Below are positions 42,270 through 44,806 of a DNA stretch of 44,806 nucleotides, piece after piece. The notes beneath the pieces were generated by a model, which saw nothing but the letters and a program-made list of their open reading frames with translations, searched no databases and had not been told where the DNA came from. The stretch comes from Candidatus Woesearchaeota archaeon (GTDB taxonomy: Archaea > Nanobdellota > Nanobdellia > Woesearchaeales > ARS49), in NCBI GenBank assembly GCA_019323135.1, contig JAHWHT010000001.1:1-44806 (forward strand), read 5' to 3'. Position numbers and translations under genes: made by a program. The stretch's first letter is position 1. Each line of letters begins with the position of its first letter.

Positions 42270-44806
42270 ATTCTTTTAGGTGGATCTTACGCTATCAGGT
42301 GGAGGACTAGGTTCTAGACGCTGATGAAGGACGTGGCTAACTGCGTTAAGCCTCGGCGAAGTGTATGCAACTTTTGAACCGAGGATTTCTGAATAGGACT
42401 TCCTCTTAGAATCCGAAAGGATGGGGAACGCAGGGAATTGAAACATCTTAGTACCTGCAGGAAAAGAAATCAATGAGATTTGGTTAGTAAGAGCGACTGA
42501 AAACCAATCAAGGCAAACTGAATGAGCACTCGAGAGGGTGTTCGTATGTGGTGTTTGGACCATTCACTAAATTTCCTAACTTGGAAACTCAAAGTCTCTT
42601 GGAACAGAGCGCCGTAGAGGGTGAAAGCCCCGTAGAGGCAACTAAGAAGGAAACGAGTGGTCTCCAGAGTACTGCTCCCTGGATACGGAGTGGGAATATG
42701 GGTGCCATCAACATCCAACCTTAAATACGTCTAGAGTCCGATAGAGTAATAGTACCGTGAGGGAAAGTTGAAAAGAACCCTTGACAGGGAGTTAAAAGAA
42801 CCTGAAACCTGATAGTTATGGAATGGCAGTGCACTACGGTGTTCTGTCGTGCGTTTTGAATAACGTGCCAGGGAGTTTACCTGAGTGGCAAGCATAACTC
42901 GAAAAGAGGGATGCCTAGCGAAAGCAACAAGCGCGCAAGCAATGAGGCGCGGGGTCTGAAAGGGCCTGAAGTCACTCGGGTCATACCCGAAACCGTTCGA
43001 TCTAGCCCTGGATAAGGTGAAGTGAGGGTAATACCTCGTGGAGGCCTGAAGAGGTGCTACATGCATGTGTTCTTCTAATCTGGGGCTAGGGGTGAAAAGC
43101 CAATCGAGAACGGTGATAGCTGGTTCCTATCGAAGTTGGCGTTAGTCAAGTCTCGAGCGAGATGGCGGTTGTTGTAGAGCTACGGATTGGAGATTTAGGG
43201 GGAGAAATCCTTCGGTTTCCTGTCCAACTCCGAAGGCAATCGCGTTGTAGACCTCGGGAGACGGGGTGCCGGGGTAAGCTTGGCATCCGAGAGGGGAACA
43301 ACCCTGACTATGGTTAAGGTCCCTAAAACTGGTTAAGTGTTAAAGGGTGAAGGGCGTCCGTGCCCAGAGACAGCGGGGAGGTTGGCTTAGAAGCAGCCAT
43401 CCTTTAAAAAGTGCGTAACAGCTTACCTGTCAAGGACACGGGTCCTTAAAATTGACGGGGCTAAACCAGTTACCGATACCATAGACAACATACCAATGTT
43501 GTGATAGATAGGCGTTCTGCCTGGGCAGAAGCTTCCTTGAGAAAGGGAGTGGACCGGGTAGAAATGAAAATCCTGGCGGTAGTAGGATCTTAGCAGAGTG
43601 AGAATCTCTGCCACTGAAAGGGCAAGGGTTCCTTGGCAATGTAGGTCAGCCAAGGGTAAGTCGGTCCTAACTGAACTCCTAAGTGGAGTCTGTGAGGAAA
43701 GGGAAACAGGTTAATATTCCTGTACTGTTTGAGTATGCGTGGCAACACAAGTCCTATAACTGACACTTTCGGCTAGGCGAGCGTAGATTATCGTCTGCGT
43801 TAACCAGGATAAATCAAGGGAGTATCATTATGATGAGAACTTGATTAAACCTGGGAATAGTAGTCTTATGGACTATCTCGCTAATGCCCGGAGTCCGTGA
43901 AAAAGGGATAGGAACAAATCTCAAATATCCGTACCCAGAACCAGCACTGGTGCCCCTAGGTGAGAAGCCTAAAGTGTGAAGGATTAATCTGGATGAGGGA
44001 ATTCGGCAATTTGGCCCCGTGTCTTCGGTATAAGGGGTCCCTGCTCTGGTAGTCGTATGATTGCCAAAGCAGGGCGCAGTGACTAGGGGGGTCCGACTGT
44101 TTAACAAAAACACAACCTTCTGCTAAACCGTAAGGTCTTGTACAGAAGGTGACGTCTGCCCAGTGGCGGTATCCGAAACTCCTTTTCAAGGGAGCTAAGG
44201 ACCGCTAAACGGCGGGAGTAACTATAACTCTCTTAAGGTAGCGTAATGCCTTGTCGTTTGATTGACGACGTGCATGAAGGGCGTAACGAGATCCCCAGTG
44301 TCCCCACCCAGAATCCTCCGAACACACCATTCTGGTGCAGAGGCCAGAGATCTCCAGTGGGAAGTGAAGACCCCGTGGAACTTTACTGTAGCTTGTTGTT
44401 GTGATGTGAGCTTTGTTGTATAGAGTATGTGGGAGCTGTTTGAGGGTTTAGTCGTCAGGTTAAACCTAAGGCACAAGTGTAACACCACACTTCAAAACTT
44501 ACATCGCTCACTTTCTTCGGAAAGGACACCTGCAGGCGGACAGTTCGGCTGGGGCGGCACGCTGTTGAAAAAATATCAATAGCGCCCAAAGGTTGACTCA
44601 TTCCGGTCAGAAATCGGAAGTAGAGTGCAAGGGCAAAAGTCAGCCTAACTGGATTCTTAAACTGACGGAATCCAAGGACGAAAGTCAGGCCTAGCGAACC
44701 TCAATGTCCTCCTTGATGGGGGCTTGGGATGACCGAAAAGTTACCCCGGGGGTAACAGAGTTGTCGCGCCCGAGAGTTCATATCGACGGCGCGGCTTGCT
44801 ACATCG
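42270..44806 (+). rRNA. rrl: 23S rRNA, 5' ~2.5 kb (truncated by window end; 5' end approximate)
   Basis: GGTGGAT...GATGAAGGACGTGG near the start. Conserved blocks GACTGTTTAACAAAAACACA, CTCTTAAGGTAGCGTAATGCCTTGTCG, AAGACCCCGTGGAACTTTACTG and CATATCGACGG. Spacing is similar to standard 23S, so no large insertion is seen in this part. Confidence 0.88.

Noticed and set aside
42270-44806. Introns or large insertions in the 23S rRNA
   Set aside because: The distances between conserved landmarks (GACTGTTTAAC..., AAGGTAGCG..., AAGACCCCGTGG..., CATATCGACGG) match a standard 23S. No AT-rich interruption of a conserved block was seen in the part present.

Overview
AT-rich archaeal contig whose RNA genes are GC-rich. 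The archaeal call rests on a 16S with CAGCCGCCGCGGTAA, an HMf-type histone, eL41, prefoldin, and BHB-type introns. The gene content points to a small-genome DPANN-like archaeon; this is an inference.

Layout, left to right:
- Ca2+ P-type ATPase plus Na+/Ca2+ exchanger.
- A PD40 lipoprotein.
- An aminotransferase-porGDAB (2-oxoacid:ferredoxin oxidoreductase) operon with a TrmB-family regulator.
- A glutamate-synthase-like FMN protein.
- A two-subunit group-3-like [NiFe]-hydrogenase. Facing it is a maturation operon: hypA, hypC, a HypC-like gene, the endopeptidase, then rubrerythrin.
- Small membrane proteins followed by a bacterial-type Lgt.
- Thioredoxin reductase, a deaminase, a histone and housekeeping hydrolases.
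- An accessory-looking stretch at about 25.8-34.5 kb. It holds an RHH-phosphoesterase fusion, a nucleotidyltransferase, Dph6 plus a GATase, and a Zot-like ATPase. It also holds a beta-propeller plus Cys-rich lipoprotein pair, a membrane-tethered wHTH regulator, and four tandem paralogous small Cys-motif secreted proteins.
- A truncated Hel308-like helicase, ftsY, pfdA and scpA.
- A tRNA cluster, eL41, and a 16S-tRNAAla-23S operon (23S partial at the window end).

The most unusual signal is RNA-level. 4 of 8 tRNA genes carry 6 introns. Three of these are T-loop (59/60) introns with textbook bulge-helix-bulge geometry. Two of the three are about 90-nt near-identical structured copies sitting in different tRNAs 16.7 kb apart. 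The 16S carries a 110-nt BHB intron that splits the 806R primer site. No CRISPR array, transposase or integrase was seen.
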